A DNA stretch of 64,000 nt. It comes from Clostridium sp. CAG:762. Its GTDB lineage: Bacteria; Bacillota_I; Bacilli_A; RF39; UBA660. The notes under the pieces are model-generated. The model saw nothing but the letters and a program-made list of their open reading frames with translations. It did no database searches and was not told where the DNA came from. Below, one piece after another: positions 9,678 to 19,671 of this stretch. Within the stretch, counting starts at the first letter, position 1. Each line of letters opens with the position of its first letter. The position numbers were made by a program, and so were the translations under genes. The stretch is taken from positions 4,632 through 68,631 of the forward strand of contig HF996832.1 in NCBI GenBank assembly GCA_000432575.1, in the 5' to 3' direction.

Positions 9678-11091
9678 GACAGTAATTGGATTAGAAGTTC
9701 ATTGTGAGTTGAAGAGTAAAAGTAAGGTGTTTTCTAAGGGAAGGAATGCTTATAGTGAAGAGGTTAATACTAATGTTAATGTTGTTGATTTAGGGATGCC
9801 AGGTATTCTTCCTAATTTAAATAAGTATTCGGTTTATGAAGCTTTATTACTTGCATCACATTTAAATTGTGAACTTGCTAGTAGGTTAGTTTTTGATAGA
9901 AAGAATTATTTTTATCCTGATTTACCTAAGGGTTATCAAATCACTCAAAGTCATATGCCTTTTGGAGTAAATGGTAAGTTTAAGATATATGTAGGTGAAG
10001 AAGAAAAAGAAATATTAATTCATGATATTCATTTGGAAGAGGATACGGCTAGTATAGACCACTACTCTAGTTTTTCATTACTTGATTATAATAGATGTGG
10101 GACACCACTTATTGAGATAGTAACTGAACCTTGTATGTATTCTAAGGAAGAGGCTTTAGCGTTTTTAGATTATTTGAGGCATTTATTCTTATATTTAGAT
10201 GTCGCTGAGGCTAGAATTGACAAGGGGCAAATAAGATGTGATGTTAATGTTTCTTTAATGAAGGAAAATGATACTAAATTGGGTACTAAGGTTGAAGTTA
10301 AGAATGTTAATTCTATTACAGGAGTAAAAGAGACTATCGAATATGAAGTTAAGAGACAAACAGAATTATTGAATCAAGGTAAAAAGATAAAACAAGAAAC
10401 AAGAAGGTATGATGATTCTACTAAGACTACTATATCTATGCGTAGTAAGGAAGATGCCCTTGATTATAAATATTTTATTGAGCCAAATATTCCTAATGTT
10501 AAGATAGATGAATCTTTAATTAATGAAGTTCTTGCTAATAAGGTAGAGTTACAATTTGATAGAATTAAGAAATATGTATCTAATTATAATATTTCATTTA
10601 AGGATGCTAATTTGCTTGCTAAAGATAAGGATATTTCTAATTATTTTGAGGAATTATTAACTTCTAGTGGAAATATCCAAAGTTTAGTTAATTTACTTAA
10701 TAATGTTATTTTATCTTATTTAAATAAGAGTGATAAGAGTATTTTAGACATATCAGTTAAACCAGATATGTTAGTTAATCTTATTAAGAAGGTAGAGGAA
10801 GGTAATATTACTTCTAAACAAGCAAAAGAAGTATTAACTAAGGCTTTAGAAGAAGATAAGGATCCAATTGTTTTAATAAAGGAATTAAATATAACTAGTA
10901 TGAATAATACTGAAGAGTTAATTGATATGGCTAATAAAATAATAGATAATAATCCTAATATGGTTTTAAAGTATAAGGAAGGAAGAAATGTTTTAGATTT
11001 CTTTATTGGACAAGTAATGAAAGAGACCAAAGGACGCGCTAATCCTAGTGCAACTTCTAAAATATTTAAAGATTTACTAGAAAAAAGATAA
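9667..11091 (+). CDS. gatB: Glu/Asp-tRNA amidotransferase subunit B
   Basis: YKTVIGLEVHCEL, DLGMPGILP, DRKNYFYPDLPKGYQITQ and a C-terminal GatB/YqeY tail. AGGAGG lies just upstream of the ATG pair at 9667/9670. Confidence 0.95.
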   Translation: MMYKTVIGLEVHCELKSKSKVFSKGRNAYSEEVNTNVNVVDLGMPGILPNLNKYSVYEALLLASHLNCELASRLVFDRKNYFYPDLPKGYQITQSHMPFGVNGKFKIYVGEEEKEILIHDIHLEEDTASIDHYSSFSLLDYNRCGTPLIEIVTEPCMYSKEEALAFLDYLRHLFLYLDVAEARIDKGQIRCDVNVSLMKENDTKLGTKVEVKNVNSITGVKETIEYEVKRQTELLNQGKKIKQETRRYDDSTKTTISMRSKEDALDYKYFIEPNIPNVKIDESLINEVLANKVELQFDRIKKYVSNYNISFKDANLLAKDKDISNYFEELLTSSGNIQSLVNLLNNVILSYLNKSDKSILDISVKPDMLVNLIKKVEEGNITSKQAKEVLTKALEEDKDPIVLIKELNITSMNNTEELIDMANKIIDNNPNMVLKYKEGRNVLDFFIGQVMKETKGRANPSATSKIFKDLLEKR

Positions 11092-11132
11092 TAACCTAGT
11101 ATTATAAAAATATAATTAGATAGGTGAATATA

Positions 11133-12167
11133 ATGATAAAGAGAAAACACTTATTAATAATTATATTTTTAGTATTAATTATATTGTTTTTGTTTGTATT
11201 TTGTTCTTTAATTAATAAGCATGATGTTATTAATAAGATAATAAAAAAAGAAGAAAACACTTATTCATATTTGATAAATTATCCTTATTTTAATAATGAT
11301 AGGGTAGATAATTATGTAGATAATTATTTGAATGAAAGAATTAATACTATTATTTTAGATAATGGTGATTTGTTTATTGATTATGATTATAATATTAAAG
11401 ATAATAATATTTTTATTAAGTTTTATGAATATGTAACTAAGTTAAATACTATTAAGGAAAATATTTATGAGATTAATTATGATTATGAATTAGATCATAT
11501 TATTAAAAAAAGAGTTTTTGAAGAAGATAATTATGATATTTTAAATTATACAAAGAGTAATAAGATGGTGGCTTTTACATTTGATGATGGTCCTAGTTAT
11601 AATACGATTAAGATAGTTAATACTTTAGTTAAGTATGATTCTAAGGCTACTTTTTTCTTAGTGGGAAATCAGATAGAAAAATATGCTAAGACAATGGATG
11701 TTTTAGTTAAAAATGGTATGGATATAGGGAATCATACTTATTCACATAAGGAATTAACTAAATTACGCGATAAAGAGATATTAAAGGAAATAGATTTAAC
11801 GAATGAAGTTATTTATAATAAAACAGGTATTAAGCCAATGTTTTTAAGACCTAGTTATGGGGCAATGAATAAAAGAATTAAGAAGCTTAGTACGATGCCG
11901 ATTATTATATGGAATATAGATACTTTGGATTGGAAATATCATAATTCTAATAAGATTAAGGATAAAATATTAAAATATGTTAGTGATGGTGATATAATTT
12001 TAATGCATGATACTTATGTGGCTACCTTAAATGCTGTAGAGATGGTGATACCTGAATTAAAGAAACAAGGTTATAAAATTGTAAGTGTCAGTGAGTTATT
12101 TAAGTATAAGGGGGTTAAACCTAAATTAGGGATAGGGTATGGTTACGTAGGAGGCCGTAATGAATAA
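11133..12167 (+). CDS. Membrane-anchored polysaccharide deacetylase (NodB homology domain)
   Basis: FTFDDGPS, GNHTYSH, LRPSYG and MHD motifs. N-terminal TM helix. ATG 11133 follows TAGGTG. Confidence 0.85.
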   Translation: MIKRKHLLIIIFLVLIILFLFVFCSLINKHDVINKIIKKEENTYSYLINYPYFNNDRVDNYVDNYLNERINTIILDNGDLFIDYDYNIKDNNIFIKFYEYVTKLNTIKENIYEINYDYELDHIIKKRVFEEDNYDILNYTKSNKMVAFTFDDGPSYNTIKIVNTLVKYDSKATFFLVGNQIEKYAKTMDVLVKNGMDIGNHTYSHKELTKLRDKEILKEIDLTNEVIYNKTGIKPMFLRPSYGAMNKRIKKLSTMPIIIWNIDTLDWKYHNSNKIKDKILKYVSDGDIILMHDTYVATLNAVEMVIPELKKQGYKIVSVSELFKYKGVKPKLGIGYGYVGGRNE

Positions 12168-13098
12168 TAATTATTTAATATATGGGGTAGATAAATATTT
12201 AATAGATAAGGAAATAGATAAGATAATAAAAAAAAATAAGATAGATAATAATAGTATTATTAGGTATTCGTTGAATGAAGATAGTATTGATAATATTTTA
12301 GAGGATGCTAATACTTTTAATCTTTTTAGTGATACTAAGTTAATTATAGTAAATGATGCTAATATATTTACTTCTAGTAATGATATTTTAACAGATAAGA
12401 TAATTAATTATTTAAATAATTATAATGATAAGTCTTATTTAGTATTTACTTTACTTAGTGATAAGATAGATAATAGGAAAAAGATTACTAAGGTAATGAG
12501 TGATAAGGGTAATGTTATTGATTTAAATAAAAAAGATGTTGATACTAATTATATAATATCTTATTTAAAGGAGAATGGTTATCAAATAAATATGAGCGAT
12601 GCTAGGATGATTTTAAATAAGGTAGGGAATAATTTATTTTCTATAAATAATGAATTAGATAAGTTGATGTTATTTAAGTTAGAAGATAAGGTAATAGATA
12701 AAAATAGTATTGATTTACTTATTAATGAGAATATTGATAGTAGTTTATTTGCTTTAGTGGATTCTATTACGAATAAGGATAAGAATAAGATGTTAAAATT
12801 ATATCATGAATGTTTACTTGAAAGTGATCCTATTATGATTATTAATATGCTAGCAAATAAATATATTTTGTTATATCAGGTTAAGAGACTAATAAGTGAT
12901 GGTTATAGTGATGATAAAATTGCTAAGGAATTAGAAGTACATCCTTATCCTGTTAAGTTAGCTAGGAATATGTGTTATAGTTATAGTGTTAAGGAAATAT
13001 TAGATATTATTTTAAAATTAGCTAATTTAGATAAAGATATTAAATTAGGTAATGTTAATGGTGAAGTAGGATTAGAATTTTTACTTTTAAGTATTTAA
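12160..13098 (+). CDS. holA: DNA polymerase III delta subunit
   Basis: 312 aa. N-terminal YLIYGVDKYLIDKE pattern and overall size are typical of Firmicute HolA. RBS AGGAGG. Confidence 0.7.
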   Translation: MNNNYLIYGVDKYLIDKEIDKIIKKNKIDNNSIIRYSLNEDSIDNILEDANTFNLFSDTKLIIVNDANIFTSSNDILTDKIINYLNNYNDKSYLVFTLLSDKIDNRKKITKVMSDKGNVIDLNKKDVDTNYIISYLKENGYQINMSDARMILNKVGNNLFSINNELDKLMLFKLEDKVIDKNSIDLLINENIDSSLFALVDSITNKDKNKMLKLYHECLLESDPIMIINMLANKYILLYQVKRLISDGYSDDKIAKELEVHPYPVKLARNMCYSYSVKEILDIILKLANLDKDIKLGNVNGEVGLEFLLLSI

Positions 13099-13211
13099 GT
13101 ATGGCTATTGCTCTCGTGTTTTAGTGCCAAGAAAAAAATAATAAAATAGTTTGCCCAAAACAACTATAAGCGTTTAAGAAAAAATCATGTTATTTAAAAG
13201 GAGAAAATGTT

Positions 13212-14210
13212 ATGAAAAGAGATGAAATAAAAAAGTTTTTTAAATCTAAGACTAAACTTTTATTATATGCATTTATTGCTTTTGTTATAGCAATAGTTAT
13301 GATTTTGGTAGGAGATGAAATTGATAATAAAAAGATTACTGATATACCAAAAGATTATAATGAGTTAATTGCAAAGGGTGAAGATAAGAATAATACTTAT
13401 GCGGAAGTAACAATAGTATATGCAATTAAGTTCGCGGTGAATGATGATAGTAATTTAGATTATTACTTTGTTCAGGATAAAGATGGTTATACTTTTGTAG
13501 CTAGGATTACTAAGGAAACATATCAAAAATTAAAAGAACTTGCAGATAAGGATCCAGATAATTTTGAATATAAGTTAAAGGGTTATATTTATAATATAGG
13601 AGAAGATGTTAAGAATGTTGCAATAAATAGTTTTGAGGATTGTTTTGGTACTAAGATAGATAAATCTAATTATGAAGATTATTTAGGAAAAACATACTTG
13701 GATGAGACAGTTAAGCCAAGTAGTAAAACAGTAGGTATTTTAATAGGAATTGGTGTTGGTTTATTAGTATTAAGTATTATTTTGATAATTTGTTATATTG
13801 TAGATACTATTTCTTATAAGAAAAATGTTAGAAAATATGATGTTAAATTATTAAAGGAAGAGATGTTAAAAGATAGTACTAAGTATTATAAAAAGGAAAA
13901 CATTTATTTAACTGACAATAATATTATTAGTAGAGTAAATGGATTTAAGGTAATATCTTATGATAATATTCTTTGGGCATATCATAATACCTTAAAGACA
14001 TATGGTTTTACAGTAAAAAATAGTATAGTAGTATATACTAAGAATCATAAGACATATGAAGTAGCCTCAAATACTAATGATAGTGATGGATTACTAGATA
14101 TATTAAATGAGATACATAATAAGAATGAAAATATTTTAATAGGTTTTAGTAAAGAAAATCAAGATAAAATAAAGGAAATAAAAAAAGAGGATAAGAAAAA
14201 CAAAAAGTAA
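13212..14210 (+). CDS. Two-TM membrane protein, function unknown
   Basis: 332 aa with TM helices near residues 17-35 and 175-197. RBS AAGGAG. Confidence 0.5.
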   Translation: MKRDEIKKFFKSKTKLLLYAFIAFVIAIVMILVGDEIDNKKITDIPKDYNELIAKGEDKNNTYAEVTIVYAIKFAVNDDSNLDYYFVQDKDGYTFVARITKETYQKLKELADKDPDNFEYKLKGYIYNIGEDVKNVAINSFEDCFGTKIDKSNYEDYLGKTYLDETVKPSSKTVGILIGIGVGLLVLSIILIICYIVDTISYKKNVRKYDVKLLKEEMLKDSTKYYKKENIYLTDNNIISRVNGFKVISYDNILWAYHNTLKTYGFTVKNSIVVYTKNHKTYEVASNTNDSDGLLDILNEIHNKNENILIGFSKENQDKIKEIKKEDKKNKK

Positions 14211-14248
14211 TTTTTATATAACTTAAATAATTTCTTGTCTTTTTTTTG

Positions 14249-14277
14249 TTGACAATGAGTTAATGTAATGTTATTAT
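14249..14277 (+). promoter_or_regulatory. Sigma-A promoter of the serpin gene
   Basis: TTGACA-17 nt-TATTAT. Confidence 0.65.
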
Positions 14278-14301
14278 GTTTATTGTAAGGAGAATAAGAA
14301 A

Positions 14302-16080
14302 ATGGAAAGTAACGAAAATAACACAACAAATGAGATAATAACAAGTAAGAATAATGATACAACAACTGAGACAATAACAAATAAGAATAATTATACAACA
14401 ACTGAGACAACAACAAATAAGAATAATGATACAACAAATGAGATAATAACAAATAAGAATAATGAGACAACAACTGAGACAACAAATGTTAATAAAAATA
14501 ATAAAAATAAGAAAAAGAAAATTATAATAATTGCTATTATTTTATTAATCGTGGCAACCCTTGGTTGTATTTATTTCTTTAAAATAAAAGATAATAATAC
14601 AACAACTAGTAAAGTAGGGGACAAAAAAGATGATAATTCATTAACCGATAAAGACAAAGACAAGGATTTATCTGATGAAAACTATAATAATAAATATAAA
14701 TTATCTGGTAATTCTTTAGAAGATTTTGATTTATATTTTTTACAATTAGAAAATGAAAGAAAAAATAAAGTATATAGTCCATTATCTATAAAATATGCTT
14801 TATCAATGCTTAATGAAGGTGCTAATGGCAAAACAAAGAAACAAATATCTAGTGTAATAGGGGATTATAATGCTAAAAAATACTCTAATAATTCTAATAT
14901 GTCATTTGCTAATGCTTTATTTATAAGAGATTCTTTTAAAGATTCAATAAAAGATTCTTATATTAATACATTATCTAATAAATACAATGCTGAAGTTATT
15001 TTTGATTCATTTAAAACTCCAAATAAACTTAATTCATGGGTAAGTAATAAAACATTTAAATTAATTAATAATTTATTTGATGATGTTTCTCAAAATAATT
15101 TTATATTAGCTAACGCTTTAGCTATAGATATGGAATGGGTTAATGTTATTAATGATTTAGGTTATTTTGCAGTTTCTTATCAACATGAAAATTATTGGGA
15201 GACTCGCAATCATTACCATGAATCAACAGAATTTGATGGAAATCAAAGCGTTGATACATTAGAAATTATGGCAGTTGCTAATAAATATGATATTGTAAAC
15301 ATTTTTGGAGAACAAAATATAAGAGATAATATTACAAAAAGGTATCAAGATTGGTTAAATAGTGAAGAATATAAAAAATACCATGCACATGAAGAAAATA
15401 TAGATGTAGAAACATATGTTAATAATTATATAAAAGAAATTAATAAAGGATATAAAGATCTTAAAAGTTCAACTGATTTTGAGTTCTATGTCGATAATGA
15501 TATTAAAGTTTTTGCTAAAGATTTAAAAGAATATAATGGAATAACCCTACAATATGTTGGTATTATGCCTAAAAATGATAGTCTTGATAATTATATTAAA
15601 AATACAAATGCATTTAAAATTAATGCTATAATTAATAAATTAAAACCTATTAAATTAGAAAGTTTTAAAGAAGGGGTTATCACAGAAATACGTGGTAATA
15701 TTCCAATGTTTAAATTTGATTATGATTTAAATATAAAAGAAGATTTACAAAAGTTAGGAATAACCAATGTATTTGATTCTAATAAAGCAGATTTATCTAA
15801 TATATCTTCAAGTAAAAACTATATTGAAGATGCAAAACAAAAAACAAATATTGAATTTGCTAATGAAGGAATAAAAGCAGCTGCAGTTACTTATGTAGGA
15901 GATTTTGGTACGGGCGTAGGTGGTTTTGATTATTTGTATGATGTGCCAGTAGAAAAGATAAATTTAGACTTTGATAAACCATATATGTTTATAATTAGAG
16001 ATAAAAATTCTGGTGAGGTATGGTTTACTGGAACTGTATACGAACCAACAGAATATGTAGCTGGTCAATTTGAATGGTAA
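14302..16080 (+). CDS. Membrane-anchored serpin-family protein with an N-terminal Thr/Asn-rich repeat region
   Basis: Serpin N-terminal block YSPLSIKYALSMLNEGANGKTKKQI, hinge NEGIKAAAVT and C-terminal FDKPYMFIIRD..GEVWFTG. TM helix IIIIAIILLIVATLGCIYFF follows the repeats. Confidence 0.85.
   Translation: MESNENNTTNEIITSKNNDTTTETITNKNNYTTTETTTNKNNDTTNEIITNKNNETTTETTNVNKNNKNKKKKIIIIAIILLIVATLGCIYFFKIKDNNTTTSKVGDKKDDNSLTDKDKDKDLSDENYNNKYKLSGNSLEDFDLYFLQLENERKNKVYSPLSIKYALSMLNEGANGKTKKQISSVIGDYNAKKYSNNSNMSFANALFIRDSFKDSIKDSYINTLSNKYNAEVIFDSFKTPNKLNSWVSNKTFKLINNLFDDVSQNNFILANALAIDMEWVNVINDLGYFAVSYQHENYWETRNHYHESTEFDGNQSVDTLEIMAVANKYDIVNIFGEQNIRDNITKRYQDWLNSEEYKKYHAHEENIDVETYVNNYIKEINKGYKDLKSSTDFEFYVDNDIKVFAKDLKEYNGITLQYVGIMPKNDSLDNYIKNTNAFKINAIINKLKPIKLESFKEGVITEIRGNIPMFKFDYDLNIKEDLQKLGITNVFDSNKADLSNISSSKNYIEDAKQKTNIEFANEGIKAAAVTYVGDFGTGVGGFDYLYDVPVEKINLDFDKPYMFIIRDKNSGEVWFTGTVYEPTEYVAGQFEW
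14323..14484 (+). repeat. In-frame tandem repeat, 4.5 copies of 36 nt (12 aa: TT(N/T)E(I/T)(I/T)T(S/N)KNN(D/Y/E))
   Basis: Copies at 14323, 14359, 14395 and 14431, plus a partial copy at 14467, read directly from the sequence. Confidence 0.95.
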
Positions 16081-16103
16081 TAACGATTTATGAATAAAAA
16101 TAG

Positions 16104-16132
16104 TTGCAAAAATCATGTAATCGTGGTATATT
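16104..16132 (+). promoter_or_regulatory. Sigma-A promoter with extended -10, downstream of the serpin stop
   Basis: TTGCAA-17 nt-TATATT, with TG at the extended -10 position. Confidence 0.55.
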
Positions 16133-16138
16133 AGTTAC

Positions 16139-16272
16139 ACATAAGTGATTATGTTGTGCAGTTTATGCATATAATAATAATGCTACTTATGTAGCAAAAA
16201 AAAAGCGAGTGAAGCCAGCTCTATAAATGGCAGCTAAAAAATTAGATTAGAGAGCAAACTCTAATCTTTTTT
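16139..16272 (+). ncRNA. Candidate ~135-nt small RNA (promoter-to-terminator unit), family unknown
   Basis: Bounded by the 16104-16132 promoter and the 16244-16272 terminator. Contains an internal hairpin GCTAC-ttat-GTAGC. No convincing ORF or RBS. Confidence 0.3.
16244..16272 (+). terminator. Rho-independent terminator
   Basis: AGATTAGAG-agcaaa-CTCTAATCT followed by TTTTTT. Confidence 0.85.
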
Positions 16273-16307
16273 ACTTAAAAGAATTCGAACAAATGTATAA
16301 AAAATTA

Positions 16308-16336
16308 TTGACATTTTAAATTCTTTAGATTATAAT
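16308..16336 (+). promoter_or_regulatory. Consensus sigma-A promoter upstream of lemA
   Basis: Perfect TTGACA-17 nt-TATAAT. It would give a ~190-nt leader. Confidence 0.7.
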
Positions 16337-16531
16337 GATAATAATTAAGCAGAAATTTTAGCGATGTTACTAATGCTATAATATGATTTTATTTATAAAG
16401 TATTATAACTATTAATAATATTGTTAAGAACTAAAACTCGGGTAGCGAAAAAAATATAAAAATGTCATAAAAAAGTACTTGTAAATTTATTATTTTAATA
16501 GTATACTTAATATATAAAAGGAGGTATGCAA

Positions 16532-17107
16532 ATGGGCGGTTTATCAACAACAGCGACAGTTATTATTATCATATTTGCAGTTATTATTTTACTTGTTTTT
16601 TATGGAATTGGAGTTTATAACAAGTTAGTTAATTCAAGAAATAAAGTAAAAGATCAATGGGCTCAGATAGATGTTCAATTAAAAAGAAGAGCAGATTTAA
16701 TTCCTAATCTAGTTGAAACAGTAAAAGGATATGCTAAACATGAAAAAAATACTTTAACTGAAGTAATCGAGGCTAGAAATAAGTTTGTCAGTGCTGGCTC
16801 AATTAATGAAGAAATCGAAGCTAATAATCAATTAACAGGTGCTTTAAATAAGTTATTTGCACTAAGTGAATCTTATCCTGAATTAAAGGCTAACCAAAAC
16901 TTCATTAGTTTACAAAATGATTTAAAAGATACTGAAGATAAGATTAGCTATGCTAGACAATTCTATAATGATACTGTTTTAACTTATAACAATTTAGTGC
17001 AAATGTTTCCATCAAATATTATTGCTAATATGTTTAAGTTTGAAGTCTATGAGTTCTTTAAAATTGAAGAAAAAGAAAAAGAAGTACCAAAAGTATCATT
17101 TGAATAA
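16532..17107 (+). CDS. lemA: LemA-family membrane protein
   Basis: N-terminal TM helix followed by YNKLV..RNKV...[29 protein letters not shown] and [12 protein letters not shown] blocks. ATG 16532 lies 7 nt after AGGAGG. Confidence 0.9.
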   Translation: MGGLSTTATVIIIIFAVIILLVFYGIGVYNKLVNSRNKVKDQWAQIDVQLKRRADLIPNLVETVKGYAKHEKNTLTEVIEARNKFVSAGSINEEIEANNQLTGALNKLFALSESYPELKANQNFISLQNDLKDTEDKISYARQFYNDTVLTYNNLVQMFPSNIIANMFKFEVYEFFKIEEKEKEVPKVSFE

Positions 17108-17129
17108 GGCTTACAATGTAGGCCTTTTA
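17106..17129 (+). terminator. Terminator after lemA
   Basis: AAGGCTTAC-aat-GTAGGCCTT (one mismatch) followed by TTTT. Confidence 0.55.
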
Positions 17130-17168
17130 ATTATATATATTATAATTATATTTAGGAGTTGAGTGGAA

Positions 17169-19013
17169 ATGAAAAAAAGATTAATATTTTTAATTATGTT
17201 ACTGATAATACCTTCTTTGGTTTATGCCGATGGTACGAATAAATATTATATTGATGTAACTGTTAATGAGGATGGAAGTGCTACTTTTAGAGAATATATT
17301 GATTTATCTGGTAGTTATAATTATTTATATCGTAATCTTTATTTAAAGGGAAATAATAAAGAGTTTAAAGGGGATAATCCAAATGATTATTATAAGACTG
17401 ATATTTATAATGCTTTTGATATAACAGATATTTGTGTTACAGAAGAAAAAAGAAGTATTACTGATTTTTCTTATGCCAATGATGATTATGCATGTTATGA
17501 ATTAACTACAAATGGTGAAAATAGAATGTCTGGTTATTATGAATATTTTGATAATGGAGATAAGAAAGAGATAAAAATATATAATCATTCTTCAAATAAT
17601 AAGGCATTTGTTATTACTTATCGTGTAACTGATTTAGTAGTAACTCACGAAGATATTGCCGAATTACTTTTTAACTTTGAATGGAGCGAGGATATCAGTG
17701 ATATTAAGTTAAGAGTAAATTTACCTGGTGATTCTAAGGAATTGAGAGTATTTACTCATGGTCCTGCGAATGGGATGAATAAAATATTAGATAAGCATAC
17801 GGTATACGGTGAATGGGATTTTTTAAATGCTAATACTAAGATAGATATGCGTGTTGTTTTTGATAATGAATTAGTACCTGATAATAAGAAGAAAACTAAT
17901 GTTATGGCTTTGAATAATATTTTAAAATTTGAAGAGGAACAGGCTATGATTCAAAATAATTTGAGAAAAAAAGCTAGAATTAAAATATTAATTGCTAATA
18001 TAATTGAAGGAGCTTGGGTATTAGGTTTTATTCTTATTGGTTATAATTTTTATAAGAAATATGATAAAGAATATAAGGCTAAGTTTAATAATGAATATAT
18101 GCGTGATATTCCCACTACATATGGTCCTGAGATACTAGGATATTTATTATCTGCTTCAAATATTAAACCTGAATATTTATCGGCATCGGTGATGGAACTT
18201 ATTAGGAAGAAGAATTTAAAGGTAGAAATAGATATAAATGATAAGAATAAGTTTACAATTACTATGAGTAATAAAGATAATCTTACAGATACAGAAGAGG
18301 TTTTAATAGATTTTCTTATTAATGAAGTAGGAAATGGTGTGTCTGTAACGAGCGAAGATATTAAAAAGGCTAGTAAGAAAGAATATGCTTCATTTATAAA
18401 GAAGTATACTGAATGGAAGAATAAAGTAATAGAAAAAGGAAAAGAAGAGAATTTTTATGAAAATATAAGTTCAAAACAAGCAATAGGAATTTTATATTCT
18501 TTACTTGGTCTTGGTATATTTTCTTTAGTACTCGGTTTAAATTTGAATAATGCATTGGTTTATTTTGTTTTAATTATATCTATTTTTGGAATAGTATACT
18601 TTGTCGTGGCTAAAAAAAGGACTATTAAAGGATGTGAAGATTATGCTAAGTGGATGGCATTTAAAAAATTTTTACTTGATTTTGGTAGATTTAATGATAA
18701 AGAGATATTAGAAATACATCTTTGGGAAAAATATTTGGTTTTTGCTACTGTTTTTGGTATTGCTGATAAGGTAGAAAAAGCTATGAATATGAAAATAAAA
18801 GAACTTAATTATGATGAAGATACGATAAATACATCACCAATATTCTATACTTATCATATGGGATTTGGTAATAGTATTACGGGAAGTTTAACCAAGGCTA
18901 TTACAACTGCTCAAACGGCTGCTTCTGCTAATTCAAATGGAAGTGGATTTGGTGGGGGTGCATCGTTTGGTGGAGGCGGAGGAGGCTTCGGTGGTGGTGG
19001 AGGCCGTGGATAA
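17169..19013 (+). CDS. DUF2207-family membrane protein with a Gly-rich C-terminal tail (paralog A)
   Basis: Signal peptide, the YYIDVTVNEDGSATFREYIDL start typical of DUF2207, internal and C-terminal TM helices, and the tail GSGFGGGASFGGGGGGFGGGGGRG. Confidence 0.8.
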   Translation: MKKRLIFLIMLLIIPSLVYADGTNKYYIDVTVNEDGSATFREYIDLSGSYNYLYRNLYLKGNNKEFKGDNPNDYYKTDIYNAFDITDICVTEEKRSITDFSYANDDYACYELTTNGENRMSGYYEYFDNGDKKEIKIYNHSSNNKAFVITYRVTDLVVTHEDIAELLFNFEWSEDISDIKLRVNLPGDSKELRVFTHGPANGMNKILDKHTVYGEWDFLNANTKIDMRVVFDNELVPDNKKKTNVMALNNILKFEEEQAMIQNNLRKKARIKILIANIIEGAWVLGFILIGYNFYKKYDKEYKAKFNNEYMRDIPTTYGPEILGYLLSASNIKPEYLSASVMELIRKKNLKVEIDINDKNKFTITMSNKDNLTDTEEVLIDFLINEVGNGVSVTSEDIKKASKKEYASFIKKYTEWKNKVIEKGKEENFYENISSKQAIGILYSLLGLGIFSLVLGLNLNNALVYFVLIISIFGIVYFVVAKKRTIKGCEDYAKWMAFKKFLLDFGRFNDKEILEIHLWEKYLVFATVFGIADKVEKAMNMKIKELNYDEDTINTSPIFYTYHMGFGNSITGSLTKAITTAQTAASANSNGSGFGGGASFGGGGGGFGGGGGRG

Positions 19014-19671
19014 ACTTACCATCGATAATAACCAATATAATATAATTATAAAAAAGAAGAGAATTAAGAATACTTATATAAGGATAGACGAGAATTTAGA
19101 TATTATTGTAACTACGAATGCTTTAGTACCTAAAATATACATAAATAAATTAATAAATGATAATATCAAGTCTATTACGAAGATGTTAAATACGAGAATT
19201 AAAAAAAATAAGACAGAAAAACTAAATGAAAATGAGTATATAATATTTGGTACTAAAAACTATATTATTATCAATGATAGTATTAAAAAGATAGAGATAA
19301 AAGGTAATATTATCGAAGCCAAAAGTATAAAGGAAGTAAATATTTATTTAAATAAAATATTTAGAGAAAGAGTAGAAGAAAGAGTTAAATATTATATTAA
19401 TATGTTTAAAGAAGAATTACCTGATACTAGGATAAGAGTAAGAAAAATGAAAACTAGATGGGGAGTATGTAATTATAAGGATAATATTATAACTTTAAAT
19501 ATTACTTTAATTAATTATCCATATGAATGTTTAGATTATGTTATTGTTCATGAATTATCGCATTATATTTATCATGATCATTCTAAAAAGTTTTGGAGTT
19601 TGGTAGAAAAATATATGCCTGATTATAAAAAAATAAGGAAAAAGTTAAAAGGGAGTGATGAGGATGTTTAA
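19006..19671 (+). CDS. DUF45/YgjP-like (M48-type) HExxH metal-dependent hydrolase
   Basis: YVIVHELSHYIYHDHSKKFWSLV motif. Probable GTG start at 19006, preceded by GGTGGAGG, which lies inside the Gly-tail codons of the upstream gene. Confidence 0.8.
   Translation: MDKLTIDNNQYNIIIKKKRIKNTYIRIDENLDIIVTTNALVPKIYINKLINDNIKSITKMLNTRIKKNKTEKLNENEYIIFGTKNYIIINDSIKKIEIKGNIIEAKSIKEVNIYLNKIFRERVEERVKYYINMFKEELPDTRIRVRKMKTRWGVCNYKDNIITLNITLINYPYECLDYVIVHELSHYIYHDHSKKFWSLVEKYMPDYKKIRKKLKGSDEDV

Noticed and set aside
14323-14484. The regular 36-nt repeats might have been a CRISPR array.
   Set aside because: The repeats are directly adjacent with no spacers. They are in frame within the serpin ORF and encode a 12-aa Thr/Asn repeat. 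No cas genes are present.
18937-19005. The ORF-track start at 18937 for the DUF45 gene.
   Set aside because: The extension is the alternate frame of the Gly-tail codons of the upstream gene (MEVDLVGVHRLVEAEEASVVVEA). GTG 19006 with GGTGGAGG upstream fits better.
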